Below are positions 23,711 to 35,600 of a stretch of 64,000 nucleotides of DNA, in pieces. Position numbers and translations under genes: made by a program. This DNA is from Okamejei kenojei (Eukaryota). The notes beneath the pieces are model-generated. The model worked only from the letters and a program-made list of their open reading frames with translations, had not been told where the DNA came from and ran no database searches. The stretch is taken from NCBI GenBank assembly GCA_035221665.1, contig CM069149.1, positions 35,402,001-35,466,000 of the forward strand. The letters run 5' to 3'. Positions within the stretch are counted from its first letter, which is position 1. Every line of letters begins with the position of its first letter.

Positions 23711-26081
23711 CTCTCCCCCCCTCCCCCTGAGGCCTAATGCAGCAGTTTTATTTTAATATGTCGTGTACTTAAGCTAAGTGTTTGGTGTTATTGGAGCAAA
23801 GTACTCATCACCTTGCCTATGGTTTAAAGCATGCAGAATTACTACCTATGTCCGAATAGTTGCCATTAACTGACTTATTTGTCCTTGTTTAACTACCACA
23901 AAGCTCCCTTTAAGCCTTGTTTCAGTCCCAATAATCTTCTCTATGGATTAACCTTGGTTAGATTTAGGTATAATTTGCTGTTGGTGGCTCTTTTGTACTG
24001 TTTTCGAGAAGAGGCCACGTGTCTCTGGGTTCATTTCTTCAATTTGAGCCTGTGAAATATTGCTGTAGATTTATGATATGATATGATTATTCTTAAAGGC
24101 TGAGTGCCTCTGCTGATTTGGTCTGCTGGAAATGATGGCTATTGCTGCTGCTGTATCAATGTTCAATAGCTTAACTTTTTGGCTATCTGCTCCATGCATT
24201 TTAGCCTTTGACAGAATGTGGATGTTGAACTTTCAATCCAATTTATCATCTCTGAGCACTAAATGTTACCAAATTTATATGCTTTCCTCCAAAGGATATA
24301 CAACTATATATAACTGGTTATAAATCACTGAACTTGCAATGTAGTTCTTGTATAATTTGATGTTTACACATTCAGTTGCTTGTTCCAATTCTCCGAATTC
24401 CCCCACCCCCATACTATTCTGCTCCTCCACTTCCTTTTAAGAAACTTTAGAAAACCTACCTCTTCGAAGCTTGTCTGATCCTAACGTTTGAAATGCCTTG
24501 GAAGATTTTACTTTGTTAAAAACGTTATATCAATTGTAGGTTTTTGGGAATCTTGCTGAAGCCATCCACTTTTAGTTTGGAAATTATTTCAAATTAATTT
24601 TTCTGATCTAAAAAACATTTGGGAATGAACGAAAACCATTCCAATCTATTTCAAACAATTCGAGTTTTTGCTGGTGGAAGACAATTACGCAGTTGAGTGT
24701 AAAATGGAAGTTTGCTTCTCAAGGCTCAGTCGTGTGGTTTGATCTGGTTGCCAACAAGATTAAGTTTCATATTGGCTCTCATTAACTTGAGATGAAGCCG
24801 TTGCCATCGTGAAGTGGGTTTGAAATGAATATTTACATTTGATAGCCAATGAGTTGGAGAAGGGGGTGAGTCATACTTTAGAGAGCAGATTCCGAATTAG
24901 TAAATATACACCAATGTTCTCCATGTAGACCAGGTTTATGTATCAAGTAACATGAAATCTAGTTGCATAAAACAAATGGGTAAATTGCCCACAACCAGTG
25001 GTCCAACAGTCCAGGAAATGTGTCCATATCCTCAGTTTAGTGACATTCAGATGTCTTGTCACACATTAGGGGATATTTGTTAAAATCCAGGTTTGCAGTT
25101 ATTTTAATATATGAACCTGGTGGTATTAACATTGAGCCCCTGAAAGGAATGTCTTGTGTTGGAACTAAAACACAGAAAATGCTGGAAACACAATGCAGAT
25201 TAGTCAATTTATGTTGAAAGTGAAATGATTAACTCTTTGGGTTGGAGACCATTCATCAGTTTTGACCTGAATAAACAACCCTTCTTTCGCTTTCCACAGA
25301 TGCTGCCAAATCTGCTGAGATTTCCAGCACCTGCATGTTTTTACATTTTAATTACAATTTCAATTATGCTGGGTCTATTTAACATATCCCAAGGTTTCAG
25401 ATTCAAACTAGCTGAAGAATAAAATAAGCAATATAAATTTTGTTTTAGCTTGGCATATGAGGTTGGATTGTTCAGTTGATATATTATTGAACAATGGGAG
25501 GTCTAAAAATGTTTAAATGGAAAGGAGTAAGATTAAACATCCCATCTCTCCTTGTGCAGTAATAAAGGCAGTCAATTATTTATCAGATAAGAGGAATAGA
25601 ACTTTAGTTGTGGCTTTGAGTGTTGGGCAAAGGTAAAGACTTTTTCCATTTACAAATTTGTGCCATTAATTCAATGTTTCTGCATCCACACTGGATCTCA
25701 GTTTCTGTTTTTTTTTTTAAATGCTAAATTTGAACCCCAAAATCACAACTGCTTTCTGAAAAACTAAAACAAACCACCACAGAAAACAGATACCACATTC
25801 AGAGAAATGGGTAGGGTGAACTGACCGATAAAAGAACACTGAAATAATAACTTTCTCCCTTTAGATGCTGCTAGACTTACTGACTTCAATACTATTTAAT
25901 ATATTATTCACAATATGCAATTGTGCTAATCTTTCATAAAGCTCTTTGGTTTTGGGGCATGGTGCTGCATTTCATTTTGTTATCCAGACTGAACTTCAGA
26001 TATTTAGTAGACAATTTTGTGTTGATATTTAATTGATGCAGTAGGCACAAGAGGCACTAACTGAGTTTTTGTAGTAAGAGA

Positions 26082-26404
26082 AATAATGGAAATTATATGT
26101 TTTACTAACTTTTTGTATCAATAATATCATAAAATTTGGCCTTATACCTAAAAAATTAGAGATAAAATGAAAATTACTAATAGTACGAGTATAATGCTAA
26201 TATTATAAATGTATTATTAGTATTATGTATCTCTAGTTATATAAAATATACAACTTTGAAATTTATAATTAAGGATAATACAGTATAAATAATATTATTA
26301 GTATGAATCAATTATTAAGACTATGTATTTTTACTATTGAAATATAATGTAACTGGTTGTTATTTTGTTTCTATAATAAATAAATTAAAAAAAAAAAAAA
26401 AAAA
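26082..26404 (+). mobile_element. Very AT-rich poly(A)-tailed retroposed fragment (LINE 3'UTR or retrocopy)
   Basis: AATAAA 26375-26380 then A18 (26387-26404); possible 6-bp TSD AAGAGA at 26076-26081 and 26403-26408. Confidence 0.55.
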
Positions 26405-27726
26405 GAGATCTTGCATTTAAAGTCACCACAAAAATCTGATTTCAATGAAAAATCATGTTCAACATTTGGGAATTGACGGCAGATCATGAACAGCAGGGCC
26501 AATTAGTTCATTAATATATTTCACAATTTCCACTGGAGTCTGAGAGTTACCAAAGTCTATAAATCGTTCTGATGATTTAAATCAGTTAACTAAATTGTAA
26601 TGCCGAGTGCTGCGAAACTAGGGTAAAAATTCGCAAAGTTGTGATTTATTTATGCAAACACATTTCCAATTTACTGTTTTTTGCAGGTCTGGCAATAGTG
26701 TTAAATCCACTGTTTTACTTCTAAAGCAAAATACTGCAGGTGTTAAGAATGAAGAAATAAAAACAGAAAATGATGAAGGTGCATGTTGAGTATTTCCACC
26801 GTTTCCTGTTTTTATTCCATGGTTTTACTTGACCTTTTTTCCTCTTCTCACCCTAGAAAAAAATACAGCTACAGATTTGCAGTGCTGATGGGAATAATTT
26901 GAATGTACTGTAGCTTCATCTCTACTGTAGCTCAGTATATAATATCAATACATAGTAATGGTTAAAGTTTAGATTTACCCACCTACTGAATTTTACATTT
27001 AAATTATTTTGTACAAATGGGCACAAGTATTTTCTGCACATTTTCCGCATGTGGTTATTCTTTCATTCCATTTATTCCATCTCATCCAATGACATATTCT
27101 ATTCCCCTTTTACATCTGTTGTATGTTGTTTGCCTCGACTACTGCCTGCATCTATTGAGCAAGCGATGCGTGTGCTACAACCAGGGCCTTGTGACATCAA
27201 CAAAATGCTGGAGTAACTCAGCGGGACATCCAGCGTCTCTGGAGACTCCAGCATCTTGTGTCTATCTCCGGTGTAAACCAACATCTGCAGTTCCTTCCCA
27301 GACTTGTGATAGACTGCTGTTTCCCCATGATTTCAGATGTGGAAGGTCTTTGGTAACCAACCCAAGGTTTCCTTTATACATATTAATTTTGCATTTACTT
27401 TCTATGTTAATCTATTGTACTGATTGCAATCAACACTTTTGAAACGGTTCATTTCTGTATCTATGCATAATATTGAGTCATATCTTCTGGTGACCAGCGA
27501 GCTCGTGGCCCTTATTATTGGGTCGAGCATGGTTCTGGGTCTGACAGAAGCCTGTCTCCGAATTGATCAGTGTGACCCTGGTCTACATGGGGTCTTCCTG
27601 ATGCTGTTGCTCCACCCTTAAATGGCCTTAACAGATGGGGGAGACTGCCTTGGGGATCGCTGACTGTTAGGTTCTTGAAAAATAATGCGGAAAATAAATT
27701 CTATGTTTGCACTCAGATATTACTAT

Positions 27727-28062
27727 TTTAATTTATTGTCACGTGTACCGAGGTAAAGTGAAAAGCTTTTATTGCGTGCTAACCTGTCTGTGGAAAGACA
27801 AAACATGATTACAATTGAGCCATCCGCAGTGTACAGATACATGATAGTCCCTTTAACATGTAGTGCAAGATAAAGTCCAGTAAAGTCCAATTAAAGATGG
27901 TCCGAGGGTCTCCTATTAGATGGATAGTAGCTCAGGACTGTTCTCCAGTTATTGGTAGGTGGTTCTGTTGCCTGATAACAGTTGGGAAGAAACTGTCCCT
28001 GAAACTGTCGGTGTGCGTTTTCACACTTCTATACCTCTTGCCTGATTGGAGAAGGGAGAAGA
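27727..28062 (-). mobile_element. Rex1/Babar LINE 3' fragment
   Basis: SGKRYRSVKTHTDSFRDSFFPTVIR C-terminal motif (ORF 27932-28120) followed by a 3'UTR ending ACAATAAA. Confidence 0.78.
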
Positions 28063-29553
28063 ATTTTATAAATCTTTTAAATTCTACTGTCTTTTGAAAA
28101 TTTTCCATAATTGACCACAAAGGATTAAATAGCTAAGACCCAAATTAAAAAACAGCACTGCAAAGTTTCTGAATTACTAGCTGAGGTGTAAGCAAATTAG
28201 TAAAATCGGTTAGATTAGACTAACTAGATATGTAATTGTGGCTCAAAGATTGGTGTGGGTTAAATGAGTTCCAATTTGTGAGGTTTTGGGCAGTAATACT
28301 AGGAAATAAGAAAGGTGTTCCTTTGTGATGGTTTGGGGATCTCGGGAGGAAACTCACACTTTGAATAGTAGTGTAGAATGAATACAGGTGAGGAGAATTC
28401 GAAAAGTTTAAAAAAGATATGGTGATAATAAAGGGGAGCATAAGAAAGGAAATGCCTCCCAATTATATTCAGAGTTGGGGAAACTGTTTAAAAACTTACA
28501 TGGATACACAAAGCATTAAATACAAGATGATTAAATGTAGCACATTTATGTCTCTGGATGATTCAATAGTCATTGTAGAAGATTGGGAATTAAATATTCT
28601 ATGATTTTCAGAAAGGCAAAATAGAAAGGGAGATGATTCTGGTGAAATTACTATTAGAGATGTGCCCACCTTCAATTGCAGTGGGATATATTCCAGTGCA
28701 ACGAGCTCCGTGTTGATGTATTTGTTTACTGGTTAGGCAGCACTGACGTGTTGATGTGTGTAACTGGTAAGACGGTCATGGAAAATCTGCCTTTGGTATG
28801 TCATTTTGATTTGACCTGGCTGTAAACCTGATTAATTGAATGGATTTGTGATCATTCTGAAATGCTGAATTTGATGTGCAGAAAGGGCTGTGTAGATTAA
28901 TCCAACTGATATTATTCCATGAAAAATATGATAGAGGGATTGAAGTGTGCATCTTTATGTTGGAGCTTTGATAGTGCAGAGACACTCTTCTGCCAACATA
29001 ACTGAATAATAGGGTGAAGCAGCATTGTCTCTTTTTGTAATCTTTGGTGCTCTTTACAGCTAACTAAACACCTTTAAGTATAGTTGCTGTAGTAATTTAG
29101 GAAACTTGGTACTCAATATGGGTACAACACAATCTCTTTACAATGAGATAACAACTCAAGTCATCCTTTGAGTATTACTTAAGGGGAGATTATCTGCCAC
29201 GACATTGGTGCAAACTATCTGTTCTTCCTTGGGGGGGAAAAAATGCCCTGGGATATTTTGCACATTCTTGGAATCTCACTTTGACCATCTCCATTTCAAT
29301 GCTCGTACCTCTGCCAGAGCAGCATTCTCTCACCGAGTGTCATCCTAAACCCTGGAGATCGACATGAACTCACGATATTCAGTTAGATTAATTTTCAGTG
29401 TATGCTCTGCTAACGTAGCAAAGCAAGTTCAGTCAGAAACTGGGCCATTGCACTGTTGCACACAATAACTGGAGCCTTCGATTTGATGCATTGTACAGGA
29501 TACTCTGAACAGAAAAGTCAAACTTGCTGACTTGGGCTCATTTCTTTTTGCAG

Positions 29554-29594
29554 GTCATGGCATCTCACCACAAATGAGGCTGACGCATGAATAA
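29554..29594 (+). CDS. CAPRIN2: Candidate alternative (C1q-less) terminal coding exon of Caprin-2 (GHGISPQMRLTHE*)
   Basis: Branch-point-like ctgac 29527-29531, tttctttttgcag acceptor, phase-1 fit to the donor at 15396, PQM motif like the CAPRIN1 tail, followed by 3'UTR-like sequence. Confidence 0.55.
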
Positions 29595-30210
29595 ATTACT
29601 ACCACAATCAAGTTTGCACAGTTTTAACAGTTTACAATACACACTTCTCACAGTCTGTTACAATAGACAAACAAAAATCATTTTGGCGGCATTAATCATG
29701 CCCTCTCCCGTTTCATCAAAGACTGTATACAGGCACGCTCTTATTCTGGTTCCCTTTGCGATTCAGACTAACGGGAAATTGAACTTTTAGCTAATTGAAC
29801 TGCTGAAACAGCTTTTAAATGATGAAAACATAGTGTGTTGAGGGTGCATAAAAGTTCATGCTAGTTGTATTAGATACAACCATTGCTCAAGTGCTCAAAA
29901 TGTATATTGTGGAAAATATTTTTTTTGTGTATGACTGCTACACTGTTGATGCCTTGCTTACATTTAAACATGTACAGTATTTTTATTCAAACTATAACAT
30001 GACAAAAGCAGCAATGTTATTTGTATTGTAACTCCTATTTCATTATTTCATCTGAGGAATGAAATCGCTGCCGTCATCTGTTAAACTGGATTTGAAATGC
30101 GGCATAAACTGTAAGGGTATAGTATTTCTCTGCTTTTAAGACGTTTCAAAATTTTAAAAGAAGTAGTCAATTTGCTGTTTCCTGGATATATATGTATATT
30201 GTTTACTGCC

Positions 30211-30266
30211 ATTAAATTGTATGTCAAAAAAGACAATAAAAGATTCTCTCTAAACGTGGGTGTTGT
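30211..30266 (+). terminator. Candidate distal poly(A) site
   Basis: ATTAAA 30211-30216, AATAAA 30235-30240, upstream TGTA motifs and downstream GT-rich gtgggtgttgt. Confidence 0.55.
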
Positions 30267-32956
30267 AGATAAATGAAGTAACCACCCTCTTTTTTGGCTC
30301 CATTTTCTGCTCTTGAAAGTAAATAGCCTTTTAAAAGTAAAAGGTTTATCACACTAAATGAGGAACAAAAAAGTCCTTCAACCAAATTTTGGAACGATGA
30401 AAGGCACTGCCCTTAGCTCCACACTCCCATCCCTATAACTGACCAACTTTCAGACTCAGATTAATTTAGCAATCTTTTTCTTGACCATAGGATGACACTA
30501 TCAAGAATGCCTCTTTCGAGTTTTATATTATCATACACCAAATCTCCCTCGTGGAATCTTTTTCTGCAACCCCTTGCCTATCCAATGCTATTCCTTCCAC
30601 ACCATACAATTTTTCGATCTTTGAAAACTCTGCTGCCTGTGATGTCCACTCCATTGTGGTCACACATCTCCCCTGTGATGGCTGATCTTCATGACTCCAC
30701 GTCTGACAACACCATTTAAAAATCCTTGTTTTCAAATCTCTTCACGGCCTCACCATATCTTTAGCTTTATAATGCAACGGGATCCCTACACTTCAAATCT
30801 GTTATCTTCAGTTTTACGTGCTCTCAACATTGGTACCCAATGCTGATCTACTTGCCTTGTTGATGTTTTGAAATTATTTCTCTAATCATTACTATTGTTT
30901 CACATTCTTCTAAGATGAATTTTCAAACCCAACTCTAGCCAAACTTTTGATACTCCTGTAGCTTGATGTCAAATTTTAGAGTAAATGGTTTTGTTATGTG
31001 CTAAAATGGATTTAATATTATTTTTACCCTTTTCCATCTATATTGTCAAAGGCAGATTATATTTTCCAGAAGCAGGGTCCCATCCTTTGAGCCATATGTA
31101 ACAATTTGAAGCATGTTGGATGGAAATAGTTTGTCTCTGTGTTAGCTTTGCAATACTGTCTGCACCAGATATTACACAAGATATCAACTTTATATGTGGT
31201 TAATTACTTCAATACTGTAGATGGGAAAATATGATTTCAGATTACATACTTACAGCTAAAACTACAAATAGTTTGTTTAGAAATTTAGTTATATAGACTG
31301 AAAATAAAATTTCATAAATATTGTATCAACAATATTGTATCAACTTCAATAATTTAAGTTGATTTACAGAACAGTATAATTACGTTGAGACGCAGTCCAA
31401 AACTGGAAAGTTGAGGCATGCTTTAGTGTGTGTAAAACAGATGGGACTTTTTCAAAATATATTCCAGGAAGAAGAACCTTCAAGGGAACTTGTTCTAAAT
31501 GATGACAGTGCCTAGCACTGGAATGTCCAAGAGCAGAAACATGTGCAACCATATTCAACTAGAGTGAAACCTGGCTGTTTTTGAGATATATGCCATCACA
31601 GAAACCAGCTGATTAAATTCACTCCAAGAAATGGCAGACAGTAAACAAATGAATGGGACGGTACACTCCCCATCCGAAGTATTAAAAGACTTGCTCCAAA
31701 ACAAGCAGAGTTCTAGCCAAAATTTTCCAGTGCAGTCACAACACTGGCAACCATCCAACAGTGGAAAGCTGCCAAGAAAGACCCTGTCCTCAAAAAAGCA
31801 GGACAAATGCAATTTAGCTAATTGCATGTGTCTGTTCTCACCAACACAATGATGGAAGATTCAAGCTATATTTATTCACTGTTAATCTGCTTTGTTATTT
31901 TTCAGCAGTCCCTTTCGCCTGACTATATTTCAGTCTTGATTCAGGATTAGGTGAATGAACTGAATTCCAGAGGCAAGTTATGAGTGATTTCCCTCAAAAT
32001 CAGAATGGGGAGGAAGGAATGTTTGTAAAGCTAAGCCAACAGTAATCCCCCAAATCCAGTATCTGGAGATGCACATCATTTGAAAGAGGATGGTTATGGT
32101 GATTCGGGTCATTTAGACCAAAAACACTGCTGCAGCCATTCCTCAGTCGTGCCTTAAGCCCAACCATTTTCAGCTGGTTCTCCTAGATCAAAAAATGAAG
32201 CAGCAACCAGCAAGATCTAGGTAACACATGGGTACCATCTGATAAGCAGAAAGGACCACCTAATCCCCTACTTGTGCGCAATGGCTATCTCTAACAGCAA
32301 CCCTTGGCATTACTATTGCCGAGTCCCCTACCATCAACAATCTGGGAAATCACCATTGACCAGAAATTAAATGGAACAGCCACATATGTCTGCTGGTTAC
32401 TAGAGCAGATCAAAAGCTGTTGTATGTTGAGAACTTCTCCTTCTGATGCCCCAAAGCTATTCCAACACCTCAGGTGTGGCAGGAGCAGGGTGGATATCCA
32501 ATGGGCTGGATGAGTGCAGCTCCAACCACGCTTAAGAAGCTCAGCACCATCAATGACGATGGCATCCCGTCTCCCATTATAAATATTAATTCTCAAGTGC
32601 AAAGATAAGCCCAGCATAGATGTTTTGAAAATCTTGCTACTGAAAATCTTGATCTTTATAAGATTTACATACAGTGTTGTGACCCATAACATTGTTGTAA
32701 CATTATTGGTATATAAAAAATATCTAAGCTAGTGTGTGGATTTGTTTATTCAACAGAATTAAACCAACTGCATGAGTTAAAACTTTTTCAGTTCAGAACA
32801 TGTTCACAGGACTTTGTAAATGAAAGCACATGGCTTGACAGTGATTTTAACATTCAGATAATTAAACATTTTTCTGCTTGGGTAGAATAATCTATTTACA
32901 TAATGTAGCATAGTTATTCTAATTATAATAGTTGTTTTAACAAAAGGGGAGACAGA

Positions 32957-33318
32957 CTGTGGCTCAGCGGTAGAGTTGGTGTCTCACAGCGCCAGGGACC
33001 CAGGTTCGATCCTGACTAAGGGTGCTGTCTACGGAGTTTTTTTACAATAAAGGGGAGGTCATTTAAGACTGAGGTGAGAAAAAACGTTTTCACCCAGAGA
33101 GTTGTCAATTTATGGAGGGCAGTGGAGGCCGAGTCACTGGATGGATTTAAGAGAGAGTTAGATAGAGCTCTAGGGGCTTGTGGAGTTAAGGGATAGGGGG
33201 AGAAGGCAGGCACGGGTTATTGATAGGGGATGATCAGCCATGATCACAATGAATGGCAGTGCTGGCTCGAAGGGCCGAATGGCCTCCTCCTGCACCTATT
33301 ATCTATGTTTATATGTTT
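32957..33318 (+). mobile_element. SINE head joined to a CR1 LINE 3' fragment
   Basis: tRNA-like head 32957-33040, then CR1 ORF2 end (FKTEVRKNVFTQRVVNLW) and tail GGCTCGAAGGGCCGAATGGCCTCCTCCTGCACCTA. Confidence 0.75.
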
Positions 33319-33714
33319 AAATTGGAATACTATGTCAGTTTACATTTCTGGCTGTCCAGTTAATTGCATGTTTACAGATAATAAATAAATGCATTGATTG
33401 TTGATATTCTACCATCTTCAGTAAAGGATTCAAATTGTCCCAGAGATGATAGAATTTTCATTTTTATAATAGGACTATATTGTGCAGAAGCATATATCTT
33501 GTATATATCTGATTTTACTAAATTAGAATTATTTTGGTGATTGAATCATATATGTTGAATCAGATCAACATATATGAAACTGATTCCCTGGGAAGGGGAG
33601 GAAGTTAAGTGTCTCCGTCAAATTCTTCCAAGTGATATTCAATAAGGAGTATTGCTTCATAAGGTGAGCAGGTAGTAAGTTGTGCAGAGTTGTGTGACCG
33701 TCAACTATGGTTGA

Positions 33715-33870
33715 GGGAAAGGTTTGTAGGTTAATTGCCCTCTGTAAAATTGCCACTAGTGTGTAGGGAGTGGTGAGAAAGTGGTATATCATAGAACTGG
33801 TGTGAATGGGTGATTGATGGTCAGTGTGGCCTCAGGAGGGCTGAAAGGCCTGCATGCTGTATCTGAAAAA
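33715..33870 (+). mobile_element. HE1-like SINE 3' half
   Basis: GGTTTGTAGGTTAATTG...AAATTGCC...GGGCTGAAAGGCCTG motifs shared with other copies. Confidence 0.6.
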
Positions 33871-34047
33871 ACGAAACAACATAATCATGGCAGATGTTTT
33901 CCTTTCTCTTTTACCTTCTTCGGAGAAGCTTGTTCGGGACTTTCCCTCTACCTTATTAACATTACAGTTTCCAGCAATTTAAAAAAATAAAATTTCAGAT
34001 TTGAATTGCACAGGTAGGATTTCCACTGTCACATCACCAAACAGGAC

Positions 34048-34497
34048 GTGTAAGAAGGAACTGCAGATGCTGGTTCAAACCAAAGACAGACACAAAAAAC
34101 TGGAGTAACTCAGCTGGTCAGGCAGCATCTCTGGAGAAAAGGAATAGGTGCCAGTTTAGGTCAAGACCCTTCTTCAGACTGAGAGTCAGGGGAGAGGGAA
34201 ACTAGAGATATAGATGGTGATATAGAACAAATTACTTATGTGCAAAAAGTAATTGATCAAGGAAAAGTGGGACCCACAATGGTCCATTGTTGGCTGTGGA
34301 CAAAGTGATTACGAATTATACAATGAAACTCACCAGGATGACAGTGAAACAAGTGCAAGAACTAGGATGAGGGAGAGATATATATAGAGAGAAGGGATGC
34401 AAGAAGGTAGAAAAATCAATCTTCATACTGTTGGGTTGCAAGCTGCCCAAGCATGATGAGGTGCTGCTTCTCCCACTTTACGTTTGGCCTCACTATG
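34048..34497 (-). mobile_element. Penelope-like element 3' fragment (GIY-YIG C-terminus plus terminal repeat with degenerate hammerhead)
   Basis: Minus strand reads, with frameshifts, EAKRK..EKQHLI..LGSLQPN at 34416-34497, resembling the PLE EEQHLIFRLGxLQP motif; then CTGAAGA-AGGGTC stem motif at 34150-34177 and the ...GCATCTGCAGTTCCTTCTTACAC tail. Confidence 0.78.
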
Positions 34498-34604
34498 ACC
34501 AAATAAATAGGGGACCATTTCCCCCCAAAATACAACTGGAAGTACCAACTATGGATGAGATGAGGGACTTTCCAACCCCTCATGTGGGTTATGTGCACTG
34601 GTGA

Positions 34605-35370
34605 GGAGGCTGCGCCATTTCCAACCCAACCTGCCCGTCGGTTCTTTTTTTTGTGCTGTTTTTTGCCTCGCAATGACGTAACCGCCCCGTCACTCCCCTC
34701 CGCCCCGCAATGACGTCACAACCCAACCCGCTTTCGCCCCGCAATTACGTCACTGCGGTCCACGCCGCATTCGCCCCGCAAACACGTCACATCAGCCCGA
34801 CGGAGGGGGGTGGGGGCAAGATGGCGGCGCGTTGCCGGGGCGACCGGAGCCGGAGCCGGAGCCCGCTGGAGGACGCGGTCCGATGGCGAGCTTGTGTTTC
34901 GCGCCACCTTTGAGTGACGCAGAGTGACGAGTGATTGCGGAGGGAGGAGAGAAAAAAGCGCAAAAAAAAAACCACAACACCGAGTGCCCGCGCGGGGCAC
35001 AGGCACAGGCACAGGGGGCGGGGGAGGAGGCCGCACAAAATGGATCCCAACCGGATCATACAGGCGCTGAAAGGCACCATCGACCCCAACCTCAGGATCG
35101 CGGCGGAGACCGAGCTCAATCAGGTGAGGGCTGCATCTCCTCTGCATTCCGGTTACCGGCCGGGGCTTGCGGGTTGGCTCGGCTCCGCTCCTCGCCCGTG
35201 GTCGAGGCCTGGTCTGAGCTCTGGCCGCGGGTTGTGGGGGAAGCGGGTCAGCGGGCCTCAGGAGGAGTGATCCTGAAATTTAGGTTGCTCCTGAAAACCA
35301 GCGACCTTGAAGGTTTCAAGCAAACGCGTTGCATGCCCACAAACCAGGGCGGACGTTCCGTGCACGGATA
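34605..35370 (+). promoter_or_regulatory. CpG-island promoter / 5'UTR of IPO8
   Basis: Abrupt GC- and CpG-rich stretch around exon 1; full CRE TGACGTCA 34711-34718, GC boxes, YY1 motif CAAGATGGCGGC 34817-34828, X-box-like GTTGCCGGGGCGAC 34831-34844. Confidence 0.88.
35040..35123 (+). CDS. IPO8: Importin-8 exon 1 ([28 protein letters not shown])
   Basis: Matches the importin-8 N-terminus; aaaATGg Kozak context; cag|gtgag donor; adjacency to CAPRIN2 favours IPO8 over IPO7. Confidence 0.95.
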
Positions 35371-35419
35371 TAACATTACACTGTAAAGGAGAGCAAAGAA
35401 AATAACCCCCATTTATCTA

Positions 35420-35600
35420 GGAAGGAACTACATACGCTGGTTATACATAGAAGATAGACACCAAAAAGCTGGAGTAACACAGCAGGACAGGCAGCGTCTC
35501 TGGAGAGAAGGAATCGGTGACGTTTCGGGTCGAGACCCTTCTCTCCAGAGATGCTGCCTATCCTGCGCAGTTATAAGTGAAGCATTTTGTGTCTTATCTA
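35420..35600. repeat. Palindromic Penelope-derived repeat in IPO8 intron 1
   Basis: GGTGACGTTTCGGGTCGAGACCCTTCT (reverse complement of hammerhead stem II plus GAAACGTC) joined to an inverted copy. Confidence 0.7.

Noticed and set aside
32100-32600. ORF 32291-32692 region as a gene
   Set aside because: Looks like a highly decayed LINE RT fragment; too degraded to classify or call coding.
34664-34790. Repeat-spacer pattern resembling a mini CRISPR array
   Set aside because: Vertebrate promoter context, degenerate 19-bp repeats with only 15-18 bp spacers, no cas genes; better explained as a transcription-factor site cluster.
34716-35386. Overlapping ORFs on both strands around IPO8 exon 1
   Set aside because: Expected in a GC-rich island; only 35040-35123 has recognisable homology and a splice donor.
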